Translations under genes and position numbers: made by a program | Source: Mobula hypostoma | Lineage: Eukaryota | DNA length: 64,000 bases | Direction of reading: 5' to 3' | Assembly (NCBI RefSeq): GCF_963921235.1 | Contig: NC_086108.1 | Location: 68,078,001 to 68,142,000 of the forward strand | Part shown: piece by piece, positions 38,011 to 49,850 of the stretch | Position numbering within the stretch: the stretch's first letter is position 1 | Layout: each line of letters opens with the position of its first letter | Notes under the pieces: model-generated | What the model was told of the DNA's origin: nothing | Database searches by the model: none | What the model saw: the letters and a program-made list of their open reading frames with translations, nothing else

Positions 38011-38117
38011 GTCACCCTTTGAATTTTGCCTCTGTGGTACAATTTAACTCTTTACACTGTCTGCACTTGTACCCAGTCACTGGCTTGGCCTTCCTTACAT
38101 TCATATTATGTAATCTA

Positions 38118-39730
38118 CAATGCCTATAAAAAGTTTTCACCCCCCCCTGGGAAGTTTTCATGTTTTATTGTTTTACACCATTGAATCACAGAGGGTTTAA
38201 TTTGGCTTTTTTGACACTGATCAACAGGAAGAGACTTTCATGTCAAAGTGAAAGCAGATCTCTACAAAGTGATCTAAATTAATTACAATATAAAACAATA
38301 ATTGGTTGGGCAAGTATTCACCACCTTTGTCAATATTTTGTAATTGCTTCTTTGGCAGCAATTATAGCCTTGAGTCTGTGGGGATAGATCTCTATCAACT
38401 TTGTACATGTAGACACTGCAATTTTTCCTCATTCTTTACAAACCTGCTCAAACTCTGCCAGATTGCATGGGAATCGTGAGTGAACAGCCTTTTCAAGTCC
38501 AGCCAGAAATTCTCAATTGGATTGAGGTGTGAACTCTGACTTGGCCACTCCAGGACAGTAACATACTTGTCTTTAAGCCATTCTTGTGTAGCCTTGGTTT
38601 TATGTTTGGGGTATTGTCTTGCTGGAAAAAAAATCTTCTCCCAAGTTGCAGTTCTCTTGCAGACTGCAACAGGTTTTCCTCCAGGAGTTCCCTGCATCTG
38701 GCTACGTTCATTTCATGCAAGTTTTTTGAACAATGGTTTCTCTTTGCCACTTTCCCATAAAGCTGCGACAGGTGAAGCACCTGGGCAACAGTTATTGTAT
38801 GCACAGTCTCTCCCATCTCAGTCACTGAAGCTTGAAACTCCTCCAGATTTGTCATAGGTCTCTTGGTAGCCTTCCACACTAGACCCCTTCTTGCACAGTC
38901 AGTCAGTTTGTGAGGAAGGCCTGCTCTAGGCAGATTTTCAGCTGTGCCATACTCTCACCATTTCTTGATGATTGACTAAGACCAAGGGATGTTCAGTGAC
39001 TTGGAAAATGTCTTGTATTCATCTCCTGACTTGTGCTTTTCAATAACCTTTTTACAGAATTGTTTAGAGTGTTCTTTTGTCTTACATGGTGTAGTTTTTG
39101 CCAGGATACCGACTCACCAGCAGTCGGCTGGTGGCGCAGTGACATCAACACTGGACTCCGGAACGGAGGTTCCCAGGTTCTATTCCAGTCAGGCTGCTTC
39201 TGAGTACGCTTTCCATCCATGCTGGGTTGTCTGTTGAGCTCGCAACTCAACCTCGTAAAATAAAGTCTATGCGAGGAGTGGCACCCCACACAGCTTTCCG
39301 ATCCGCACCTTGTAAGGCATAAAAATGCCCAACGCTGGCCTCCCAGGCCTGAGTCGACATTATAATCAGCAGTTGGACCTTCCAGATAAAGGTGTTTCTT
39401 TCACTACAATCAACTGAAACACCTTGACTGCACAGGGTGATCTCCATTTAGCTAATTTATGTGACTTCTAAATCCAATTGGTTGCACCAGTGATGATTTG
39501 GTGTGTCATATTAAAGGAGGTTGATACTTATGCAATCAAGATATATTTTATATTCGTAATTAATTTAGATCACTTTGTAGAGGTCTGTTTTCACTTTGAC
39601 ATGAAACAGTCTTTTTCTGTTGATCAGTGTCGAAAAAGTCAAATTAAATCCACTGTGATTTAATGTAAAACAATAAAACATGAAAATTTCCATGAGGGGT
39701 GGGGGTAGTTAATACTTTCTATAGGCACTA
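38118..39730 (-). mobile_element. Tc1-like DNA transposon with about 200-bp TIRs and an internally deleted transposase
   Basis: TA|CAATGCCTATA...TATAGGCACTA|TA; inverted repeats at about 38118-38322 and 39518-39730. FFFQQDN and [16 protein letters not shown] motifs are present. The segment with the first catalytic Asp appears deleted. Confidence 0.93.
39125..39366 (+). mobile_element. tRNA-derived SINE inside the Tc1, 7-bp TSD
   Basis: A-box TGGCGCAGTGAC, B-box GGTTCTATTCC. CAGCAGT at 39118-39124 and 39367-39373. Confidence 0.85.
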
Positions 39731-40260
39731 TACTTGTAAACCTGCTGGCTCATCCTCAGCTCTATCAAACTGGTTCCCACCCCACTGCCATATTGAAAAA
39801 TTACAAAAAAATTATTTCATATGCAGTAATATCACTAAATGGAATTGAACTGGCTTTATGGTAATTTTCTGAGTTTTTCCGATTTGTGCAAGTCAGATCA
39901 GAACTTATTACTTCCTTTCCACATTTTATTGCACACTATTTTGCTGGATCAAATAGACTAACCTTTTCTTAAAATACTTCTTAGATGTTTCTTTTGTTTG
40001 GGAGTAACATTAATTTTTATTCAGATAACTTCTATGTGTGGACTTCACAATACTAATGAAATTATATCAGTGTTTACCAGCAAAAGATGAATGTGAAAAA
40101 CATCTCCTAATTCTTTCATGTGCAACTCAACCTATCAACAAACAAAAATCAGTTAATTTCCCATATTTGGATTAGAAGAGAAATAAGCAAATCATTATGA
40201 TCATCACAACTTGCAGCATTTCCAATGTCATATATATTGAAAATATTTTCAATTATCGTA

Positions 40261-40649
40261 TAGTGGTAGTAGGCAGCCGTCGATCCCAGGGGATCATGGG
40301 TTTATGCCTCTGGTGGACTGTCTCTCTCTAGGGCGCAAGCCTGGGCAGGAAGATTTGAAGAACTGGCTGTTGCCCATGCAGTGGGTTCCCCCTCTCAATG
40401 TCACTGATATAGTCCAAGGGAAGGGCAAGCACTGATACAGCTTGGTACCAGTGTCATCACAGAGGTTGCCAGAGTGAAGTTGTAGTCAACATCAAACTGC
40501 CTTTGGGACGCTGGCTCCAGATTTCTTCCTCAGGGTTTAATCTCGAAACCTTTCCCATAGATGGCTGCAAGGCAGCGGAGGTTTAAAATCAGAGTTTTCC
40601 TTCTCCTAGGCAGGCTGCTGTCCGAGATTGGCAAACCCCACCTGCCTGA
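40261..40649 (-). mobile_element. Non-autonomous RTE-derived element (5' UTR joined to 3' tail), 12-bp TSD
   Basis: GGAGAAGGAAAACTCTGATTTTAAACC (40580-40606, an RTE 5'-UTR motif from memory) and a CTA-type tail. TCAATTATCGTA (40249-40260) versus TCAATTATAGTA (40650-40661). Confidence 0.75.
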
Positions 40650-41399
40650 TCAATTATAGTAAAATATCAATATTTCTAAATAATTTTAGGATTACAAAAG
40701 CATATCCAAACTATTTCACTCATTTTAAAGCTAATCTTTATCTTTATGAAACCGATAGGTTACAGAACAGATTGAAAGTAGACAAATGAGGCACTCTCTG
40801 CCATATTGTTGGTAGAACTGAGGACAATTATTGAAATGAGGGAAACTTGACCGATACCTATTGAAGACATTCATACAATCTTATAGCTAAATTAAGCCTG
40901 GATTTCACTTGCCATTTAATTATTTTCCATCTATCTGAACTCATTCATCATTGCACAAATTAGCCATGCACCTCTTATTAAGGCCACAGAAGTAACTTTA
41001 AATCATTGTAAAGTTATTTGCTTGTTGTTAAATTTTGTACAATCCAGCACTATGTTTGTTCCAAAATAAAACTTCTCAGGTGCTTGGCTGAAAACACTTT
41101 ATCACCTTCCTTTCTGGATGATCCTTTCCAAGATGTCTCATTTGAGCAGGAAGACGAAACATAATTTTTGCTGCAGTTCATTATGAAAGAGTCAATGCTG
41201 TCTCCATCAAGAATCAGTGGCTCACTCTGCACAAATCTTGTCCCGTTATTGAGTACCCAACTTGCTGTCATACACATCCTAGGGTCAAAAGGCAGGCGAC
41301 GGGACCTCAAAACATCTCTAAAACGGTTTTAACAGCCAACAAAAGCTGTGTGATGTTTTGCAGTATGGCAATATTATAACAGATTGTTAGTTTCAAAAT

Positions 41400-41765
41400 G
41401 TAAGACCATAAGACCATAAGATATAGGAGCAGAAGTAGGCCATTCGGCCCATTGAGTCTGCTCCACCATTTAATCATGGGCTGATCCAATTCTTCCAGTC
41501 ATCCCCACTCCCCTCCCTTCTCCCCATACCCTTTGATTCCCTGGCTAATCAAGGGCCTATTTATCTCTGCCTTAAGTGCACCCAATGACTTGGCCCCCAC
41601 AGCCACTCATGGCAACAAATTTCACAGATTTACCACCCTCTGACTAAAATAATTTCTCTGCACCACTGTTCTAAATGGACATCCTTCAATCTTGAAGTCA
41701 TGCCCTCTTGTCCTAAACTCCCCTACCATGGGAAATAACTTTGCCACATCTAATCTGTTCAGGCC
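41400..41765 (-). mobile_element. CR1 3' end
   Basis: (taagacca)2 tail plus 3' UTR and the last codons of ORF2. Confidence 0.88.
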
Positions 41766-42646
41766 AGAATGTCTCTAACATTCAGCAACAAATAAATTTA
41801 TTTGAAAATTATTTTTATAGACACTTAATATTTATAAATCACCAACACAAAATAAATCAAAATAATATATTGTTTTAATATTTTAAATCAATAGTATTTT
41901 GAATCCTGCATCAGGTCCAACTATCAAAGTGTCTGAGTGGTGAATACCCAAATTAATATCAGGGCATCATATCAAAACTGGATGGGGAGCAAGCTGGCAG
42001 ATTTTGCTTCCAAATTAGTCAATAAATTCCAGACTACCGTACATTAGGTGTCCTGTCCTTAAGCAGAGACCATCAAAAATATCCTTAATGCAGCAATAAA
42101 CTGTAACCTCTACCACGAATGCCAGAATCATCCAGACACTAGTTCGGATAGATTCTAGCAGTTCACACATGTGTATATGGTTGGAGGTCGATCTACAGAT
42201 GGTAACAGATTTCTGATAGGACCATTTTTGATCACTTTACTCACCGAATACTTTGCTCTTCAGAGAGTCAGCAGAATGATCATGCCTCCTGTAGAATTGT
42301 GGTGATAAGATCCAGAGTATGAGCTCCTCTCCTTAACATCTGAGATGCTCTGGCAAGCGAACCTTGCATTTGGACCTACCCTTCCTGTAATGTACACAGG
42401 AGGGACAACTGTTGAAGCATCCACAATAAGAGAGATATGGTATTAAAAAAAATTCTCTGCTTTCACCCTATTCGGAATAAATTTGCTGCTACACTTCGGG
42501 TACACCCACACGTAACATATTGCTTTCATTGATTTCTGATGTGTTCCACAATAAGAGGATTCTCTATTTTAAGCACAAAATTACAAGCTGAAAATCAGAT
42601 ACTGGAATGTTCACGAACAACTTGAGTTAAAGAAAAATCAATATTA

Positions 42647-43446
42647 CAGTGGATTACGGTTAATCGGGCAAACCACTTATTTGGAATAATAAAGAACAAA
42701 GGCTAATTGAGAAAATAGCTGGGATTCTCTTTGATTATTTGGGATAGTATGCCGCTTAATTGGGACAGGAGATGGTTGCTGAACAGTTTCTAACTAGCAG
42801 CAGTCACGTGCGCTTATGTAGCTGTTAGACACTACTCAGTGCTTAGAGAAAACAGTTTTTAAATTCTGTCAGTTGTGTATGTTTGTATTCAAAAAGCAGT
42901 GATTTCTGTCATTGATAAATAAGCAGTAAGACAATTCAGAACTGTTTTGCTGATTATGGTTTCAAGCATTCAGGCTTGGAGATCCCAGAAACGATCTTTG
43001 GACGTTACAGAGCAAACAGTTTTTAAATAGCATCAATTGCGTGTGCTTTTGTTATGTTATCTATTTAGGCTGATGGATGCTGATTCAATAAACAGTGATT
43101 TTTGATAATTTTGCTTTTTTATTTTGTCCATGCAGGAAGGCAATGAAAGCAGTCTATTATTTGCAATAGCCATCTGCACTGATTTTGTTCATTTAGTTAA
43201 TCAAAAGAACATGTCAGCGTACACTGGGTGATTACTATCAAGAACTAATATACAGTTTTATAATACTCAGTGGTGTTCTAATGTGTTCTGTACTTCATTT
43301 AAATGCATAATTTGTTACTCAGTTAAGCAGTAGTTTCTTTGTTATGCCTTTTAACTATTTCCATGAAACTGCAGCTAATTGAGGCACCTGCTTAATTGGG
43401 CCAAAACGTACTGGTCCCATGCATTCCAATTAACCAGAATCCACAG
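42647..43446. mobile_element. Non-autonomous Tigger/pogo-like DNA transposon (800 bp)
   Basis: TA|CAGTGGATTACGGTTAATCGG at left; CCAATTAACCAGAATCCACAG|CA at right (imperfect TIR). No transposase ORF. Confidence 0.7.
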
Positions 43447-43737
43447 CAGTACCGAACAGCTACACAGGTATCAAAACAATATCACTGCCTCTAATGCTAG
43501 ACTCCAAAAGAAAGTAATTTAGAAAGCTGCAGTCTGGATCTTACTTGAAAATGCCTATGATTCTGGCAACATTTAGATGGAAAAAGGCACTTCCAAATTT
43601 GTACTTGTGCTATCAAATGCAGAAGGCTCAAAAGACACTAGCATGAGATAGAACAATGACGCAAGCACAAAGTAAAAATGCTTAATGACAAACTTGTGTA
43701 CAAAAATGTCAAAACTTGAGAAACACAAAAATAAGTT

Positions 43738-45015
43738 ACACACATAAAAGTTGCTGGAGAACGCAGCAGGCCAGGCAGCATCTCTAGGAAGAGGTACAGT
43801 CAACATTTCGGGCTGAGACCCTTCGTCAGGACTAACTGAAAGAAGAGCCTGTAAGAGATTTGAAAGTGGGAGGGGGAGGGGGAGATCCAAAATGATAGGA
43901 GAAGACCGGAGGGGGAAGGATGGAACCAAGGGCCGGACAGTTGATTGGCAAAAGGGATATGAGCGGATCATGGGACAGGAGGCCTAGGGAGAAAGAAAAG
44001 GGGGGGGGGAAGCCGAGAGGATGAGCAAGGGGTATAGTGAGAGGGACAGAGGGAGAAAAAGGAGAGAGAGAAAAAGAATGTATGTATATAAATAAATAAC
44101 AGATGGGGTACAAGGGGGAAGTGGGGCATTAGCGGAAGTTTGAGGAGTCAATGTTCATGCCATCAGGTTGGAGGCTAGCCAGACGGAATATAAGGTGTTG
44201 TTCCTCCAACCTGAGTGTGGCTTCATCTTTACAGTAGAGGAGGCTGTGTATAGACAATTCAGAATGGGAATGGGACGTTGAATTAAAATGTGTGGCCACT
44301 GGGAGATCCTGCTTTCTCTGGCGGATAGAGCGTAGGTGTTCAGTGAAACGATCTCTCAGTCTGCGTCGGGTCTCGCCAATATATAGAAGGCCACATCGGG
44401 AGCACCGGACACAGAATGTCACCCCAGCTGACTCACAGGTGAAGTGTCGCCTCACCTGGAAGGACTGTCTGGTGCATGTGTAGCACTTGTTCCGCTTACA
44501 AGGATGAGTGCCAGGAGGGATGGGGGGACGAATGGACAAGGGAGTCGCGTAGGGAGCGATCCTGCGGAAAGCAGAGCGGGGGGGAGGGAGAGATGTACTT
44601 AGTGGTGGGATCCCGTTGGAGTTGGCAGAAGTTACGGAGAATTATATGTTGGACCAGGAGGCTGGTGGGGTGGTAGATGAGGACAAGGGGAACCCTATTC
44701 CTAGTGGGGTGGCGGGAGGATGGAGTGAGAGCAGATGTGCGTGAAATGGGGGAAATGCATTTGACAGCAGAGTTGATGGTAGAGGAAGGGAAGCCCCTTT
44801 CCTTAAAAAAGGAGGACATCTCCCTCGTCCTGAGAGTAGATGCGGCAGAGATGGAGAAATTGCGAGAAGGGGATGGCGTTTTTGCGAGAGACAGGATGAG
44901 AAGAGGAACAGTCCAGATAGCTGTGAGAGTCCGTAGGCTTATAGTAGACATCAGTAGATAAGCTGTCTCCAGAGATAGAGACAGAAAGATCTAGAAAGGG
45001 GAGGGAGGTGTCGGA
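43738..45015 (-). mobile_element. Penelope-like element (RT C-terminus, GIY-YIG, terminal repeat)
   Basis: SLPFLDLSVSISGDSLSTDVYYKPTDSHSYLD, FCVRCSRCGLLYIGETRRRL. Hammerhead motif at 43797-43834 (TAGTC-CTGACGA-AGGGTCTCAGCCC-GAAATGTT-GACTG). Confidence 0.93.
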
Positions 45016-45069
45016 ATAAGCTTTTGTTTTGCTTTCACTAATCCCGATATAGGTCTCAATCCTGATATC

Positions 45070-45395
45070 AAGTGAATGCATGCAGACCTTTTCCCCTCAG
45101 ATTAGGTGAGACTAGACTAGAGGTCAGAGATTTATAGTGTAAAATTAAATATTTAAGGGGAATCTGAGGGGGAATTTCTTCACTCGAAGCGTGGAACAAA
45201 CTGCCAGTGGAAGTAATCACTGCAGGTTCAATTGTAACATGTAAGAGAAGTTTGGAGAGATACCTGAATGAGAGAGGTATGCAGGACCGTAATCTGGATG
45301 CAAGTATATGGGACAAAGCAAAAAAGCAGCTGGCACAGACAAGATAGGCCAAAGGGCCTGTTTCTATGCTAGAGTGTTCTATGATTCTATGACTC
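45070..45395 (+). mobile_element. CR1 3' end
   Basis: ggggaatttcttcactc...tggaacaaactgcca; tail ttctatgattctatg. Confidence 0.8.
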
Positions 45396-46324
45396 CATTT
45401 GAAGCCAATTTCACCATGAGAGGCCCCCAGATGCACAAAGTGATTTTTCTTGATTGTCCGCGGGATGTGCATCTCCCATTTGTAAGTACATCACATGCTG
45501 TGAAGATCAAGATCAAATTTTCAGAAGCCTACCATATTTATACAGCTGGCCCAATTGCTTTTATTGAATGTGAGTAAAACACATTTATGTAGTGCACAAC
45601 AATGCTATGTTACACAAGAAAATTTCTGGCCTTGAAGGTATCCATATAAATCTACTTGGAAACTACTAAAAATGAAAATGATGGAATATTTTCTAACAGC
45701 TTTCCTTCTTACATTGCCAAATTGTACATTTATTCAGACTGCTTAAACAGAAAACCAAAAGCAAACAGCAGAGGTCAGCAACATCAGTGCGGTTAATTCC
45801 AGCTTTTGCATCTTGCTCCTCACTCGAATTTTTTCTTTAGTGTGTTTTTTAAATGTTATCCAGGCCATTCTCTTTGCTAATAATTTGCACTAACAAGAAG
45901 TCATTTTAAGGGCAACTGTAGTTTAAAACTTCGTCATCATTAAGAATACTCAAAATGCAGAAATGCAGTCATTGAAAGTAGAACACATTTCACTGATGAA
46001 TTATATTACAATTAAGCATTTTGTAACAGGAATTATGAATTGTTTCCAGAAAATAATTATTATATGATGAAATACTAGTATCCTTCACCTTAATATTTAG
46101 CTACCTGATATTTCAATTCTTTTTTTCTTGACTATCTTACTCTGTTTCATGCTTTTGTTCCTATAGTACACTGAATTCCAGAGTATCAATCATTATAACA
46201 TTTGCAGCATAAGTTTAAAATTCTTAAATGCTCTTAATCCAGTACAAAATGAGCACAGTGGCTGAAAAAGGAGGCTCAATCATGAGAGGACCTCAGGCCT
46301 TCTTTGAGCTTGATGTTTATAAAC

Positions 46325-47117
46325 CAATGTGAGGTGCTACATTTTGGTAGGACTAATCAAGATAGGCCATACATGGTAAATGGTAGGGCATTGAAGAATG
46401 CAGTAGAACAGAGAGATCTAGGAATATTGGTGCATAGTTCCCTGAAGGTGGAATCTCATGTGGATTGGGTGGTGAAGAAAGCTTTTGGTATGCTGGCCTT
46501 TATAAATCAGAGCATTGAGTATAGGAGTTGGATTGTAATGTTGAAATTGTATAAGGCATTGGTAAGGCCAAATTTGGAGTATCGTGTACAGGTCTGGTCA
46601 CCGAATTATGGGAAAGCTGTCAACAAAATTGAGAGAGTACAGAGGAGATTTACTAAAATGTTACCTGGGTTTCATCTCCTAAGTTACAGAGAAAGGTTGA
46701 ACAAGTTAGGTCTTTATTCTTTGGAGCGTAGAAGGTTGAGGGGGGACTTGATAGAGGTATTTAAAATTATGAGGGGGATAGATAGAGTTGACGTGGATAG
46801 GCTTTTTCCATTAAGAGTGGGGGAGATTCAAACAAGAGGACATGAGTTGAGAGTTAAAGGGTAAAAGTTTAGGGGCAACATGAGAGGGAACTTCTTTACT
46901 CAGAGAGTGGTAGCTGTGTGGAACGAGCTTCCAGCAGAAGTGGTTGAGGCAGATTCCATGTTGTCATTTAAAGTTAAATTGGATAGATATATGGAAAGGA
47001 ATGGAGGGTTATGGGTTGAGTGCAGGTCAGTGGGACCAGGTGAGAGTAAGAGTTCAGCATGGACTAGAAGAGCCAAGATGGCCTGTTTCCGTGGTGTAAT
47101 TGTTATATGGTTATATA
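46325..47117 (+). mobile_element. Fairly young 5'-truncated CR1
   Basis: ORF 46304-46864 CEVLHFGRTN...LVRPNLEY...LERRRLRGDLIEVFK; tail (gttatatg)n. Confidence 0.92.
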
Positions 47118-47289
47118 GTTCACCTAAGCAATAGACCACTCTCTTGTTCCTGGAAGAGGTTTGTCATATTGAGAATTCCAGTGATGGTTCCATGTCTCAG
47201 CATCATGTAACAGCATGATGGAAGAGGAAAAGGAGGAAGAACAGCTTCACAGATCACTATGGAACCAGGAAAACTATTCTCATTTCAAA

Positions 47290-47420
47290 AAGCGAATGAC
47301 TACAGATGCTTTAAATCTGAAATTAAAAGTGAAAATGATTGGAGTGCACAGCAAGGCAGAAAGCATCTGTTAAAAAAGAAAGAACAAATGTTTCAGGCCT
47401 TTTGTTAGAACTGAGAACAA
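47290..47420 (-). mobile_element. Decayed Penelope terminal-repeat fragment, inverted relative to the adjacent element
   Basis: cagatgctttaaatctgaaattaaaagtgaaaatg...agcatctg...tgtttcaggcc resembles 33070-33180. Confidence 0.55.
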
Positions 47421-47479
47421 AGGATGTACCCTTGAAAGGAGGAACTGAAAGCAAATGGGTGATATATATTTTCCTTCAG

Positions 47480-48980
47480 CTCCTCCCACTTTCTCCAAAC
47501 TCAAGGGGTAGCTATGGACACCCATATGGGTCCCTGCTATGCAAACCTCTTTGTTAGCTATGTAGAACAGTCCATGTTCGAAGCCTTTCCCAGTAATACT
47601 CCCCAACTCTTCCTCCGTTACATTGATGACTGCATTGGTGCTGCATCATACACCCATGCTGAGCTCATCAATTTCATCAACTTTGCCTCAAACTTCCACC
47701 CTGCCCTTAAATTCACTTGGTCCATTTCTAACATTGCCCTCCCCTTTCTCGATCCCTATATCACTAAATCTGGAGACAAGCTGTGAAATGATATCTTACA
47801 TAAAACTCCCAATTCATACAGCACCCTTGACTATATCCCTTCCCACCCTATCTCCTGTAAAAATGCTGAAATGCCTTCTCAGTTCCTTCACCTCCACTGC
47901 ATCTGTTCCCAGGATGTGGCCTTCCTTTCCAGGCCTTCTTCAAAGAACGGGGTTTTCTTCTCTCCACTATAGATGCTGCCTTCACCTGCATCTCCTCCAT
48001 TTCCCAAAAAAGGCGCTCATTCCCATCTTCCCACCACTTTAACAGTGATAGAGTTCCTCATGTCCTTACCCCCCACCCGTAAGCCTCTGCATCCATCACA
48101 TCATTCTCCACAACTTCCACTATCTCCTAAGGGATCCTACCATGAAGCATATCTACCTCTCCCACTCTCCGCTTTCCGCAGGGATCGCATACTCTATGAT
48201 TCCCATGTTCGTTTATCCCTCCCCACTATTCCTTGCAAACAGCCTAAATGATACACCTGCCCATTCTCCTCCTCCGTCACTTCCATGCAGGGCCCCAGAC
48301 AGTCCTTCCAGGCGAGATAACACTCCACCTGCAAATCTGTTGGGGTTGTCTATCATGTCCAGTACCCACAATATGGCCTCCATATTGGTGTCACTGGTGT
48401 GACATGTTAAATGCGACATGTTAAAAATTGGGGGGACTGCTTCATCGAGCACCTCCACTCCATTCGCCAAAAGCAAAATTTCCCGATGGCCAAGCATTTT
48501 AATTCAGATTCCCATTCCAACATGTCGGTTCATGGCCTCCTGTGCCAGAATGTGTGCACCCTCAGGACGGAGGAGCAACACCTTATAACCTGTCTAGGTA
48601 GCCTCCAACCTGATGACATGACTATCGATTTCTCCTTCCAGTAAAACAATTTCCCTCCCTCTCCCTTCTTCCTCTGTTCCCCAGTCTCATCCTTTACCTC
48701 TTCTCATCTGCCTATTACTTCCCCCTGGGTCCCCTCCTTCTTCCCTTTCTCCTGTGGTCCACTCTCCTCTCCTATCAGCTTCCTTTTTCTCCAGCCCTTT
48801 ACCTTTCCCACCCACCTCACTTCACCTATCACCTTCCAGCTAGCCTCCTTCCTCTCCCTCCACCTTTTTCTTCTGACGTCTTCCCAAGAAGGCCTCTGCA
48901 AAAAATGTTGACTGTTTATTCACTTCCATAGATGCTGCCTGACCTGCTGAGTTTCTCCAGCATTTTGCATGTGTGGACAT
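47480..48980 (+). mobile_element. Penelope-like element (RT core to terminal repeat), older copy
   Basis: KGVAMDTHMGPCYANLFV...FLRYIDDCIG...NFHPALKFT...LPFLD; WGDCFIEHL...EEQHLITCLGSLQPD. Confidence 0.92.
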
Positions 48981-49399
48981 AGATAATTGTTTGCTTGAAA
49001 TAGATGGTGAACAGTTGATCATGATGTATAATGTATCTGGAGCAATGTAAGCCAGTGGGAGAGGAGAGATGAAACAATATTAAAACTGTGAGAGGACGAG
49101 TACAGCAATTCATGGGAGCTCTGCTATTAAGCAGGATGCTAGGAAGAGCTGGCATGTCAGGCCAATGAAAGAAACACTTAATTAAATCAAAGGCTAGGGA
49201 TTGAAAAGCAAAAAAGACTGCAGGAGTCGGAAATCAGAAATAAAAACAGAAAAGGCTAGAAGCACTCAGCAGGCCAGGTAACAACCACAGAGAAAGAAGT
49301 AGAATTAACACCAAATGTGGTATTAAGAGCAGAGAAGGTAATGGTGCTTGATGGGTTAGAATCTGTGGGGAGGGTGACAGGGTTAATGCTTGGGTGAGA

Positions 49400-49850
49400 A
49401 ATCTTTCATGGTAGGAGCCTTTTATAAGATCTCATACTGAGCATAGTAATTCTCATCTGACTCTACAAATGGAAGAGTATGTCAAGTTGATACTAGGATG
49501 TTAAATATATAACTCTATGATAATTAATTTGTAACTCTCAGAACCCTTGGAACAGTTGGAGTGGCAGTTGGAATATCACAGGCAGAAGGTGTCATAGATA
49601 AAAACTTCAGAGAGGTAGTCACACCACAGGTTCAGCAAGATAGATGGCTGACTGCCAGGAGATAGCGCAGGAGTTCTCTGTCGCTGAGTAATAACTATAA
49701 CAAGAGGTTGGACAAACTTGAGTTGATTTTTCTAGAGCATCAGAGGCTACAGGGTAACTTGAGAGAAGTATACAGAAAGGCATAGATAAGCTAGATTGAG
49801 TCTATTGTCCAAGGGTGAAAATGTCAAATACTAGTGGGCATAGGTTTTTC
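49400..49850 (+). mobile_element. Heavily deleted CR1 remnant (ORF1-like sequence joined to the 3' region)
   Basis: ttcagagaggtagtcacaccac...agatggctgactgccagg (compare 6040-6060) followed directly by gaggttggacaaactt...cagaggctacagggtaacttg. Confidence 0.5.

Larger units (their letters stand above)
36050..39795 (-). mobile_element. CR1 LINE that hosts several later insertions
   Basis: Pieces at 36050-36396 (RT), 37030-37625 (APE: IYRPPNS, VMGDFN), 38011-38117 and 39731-39795 are colinear with the reverse complement of the 5998-9618 copy. Confidence 0.88.

Noticed and set aside
41050..41310. 86-aa minus-strand ORF in unique sequence
   Set aside because: No recognisable domain or supporting splice structure.
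42240..42390. Possible minus-strand exon ending at a gtgagt donor
   Set aside because: Longer versions have stops in all frames; the short open version is unrecognisable.
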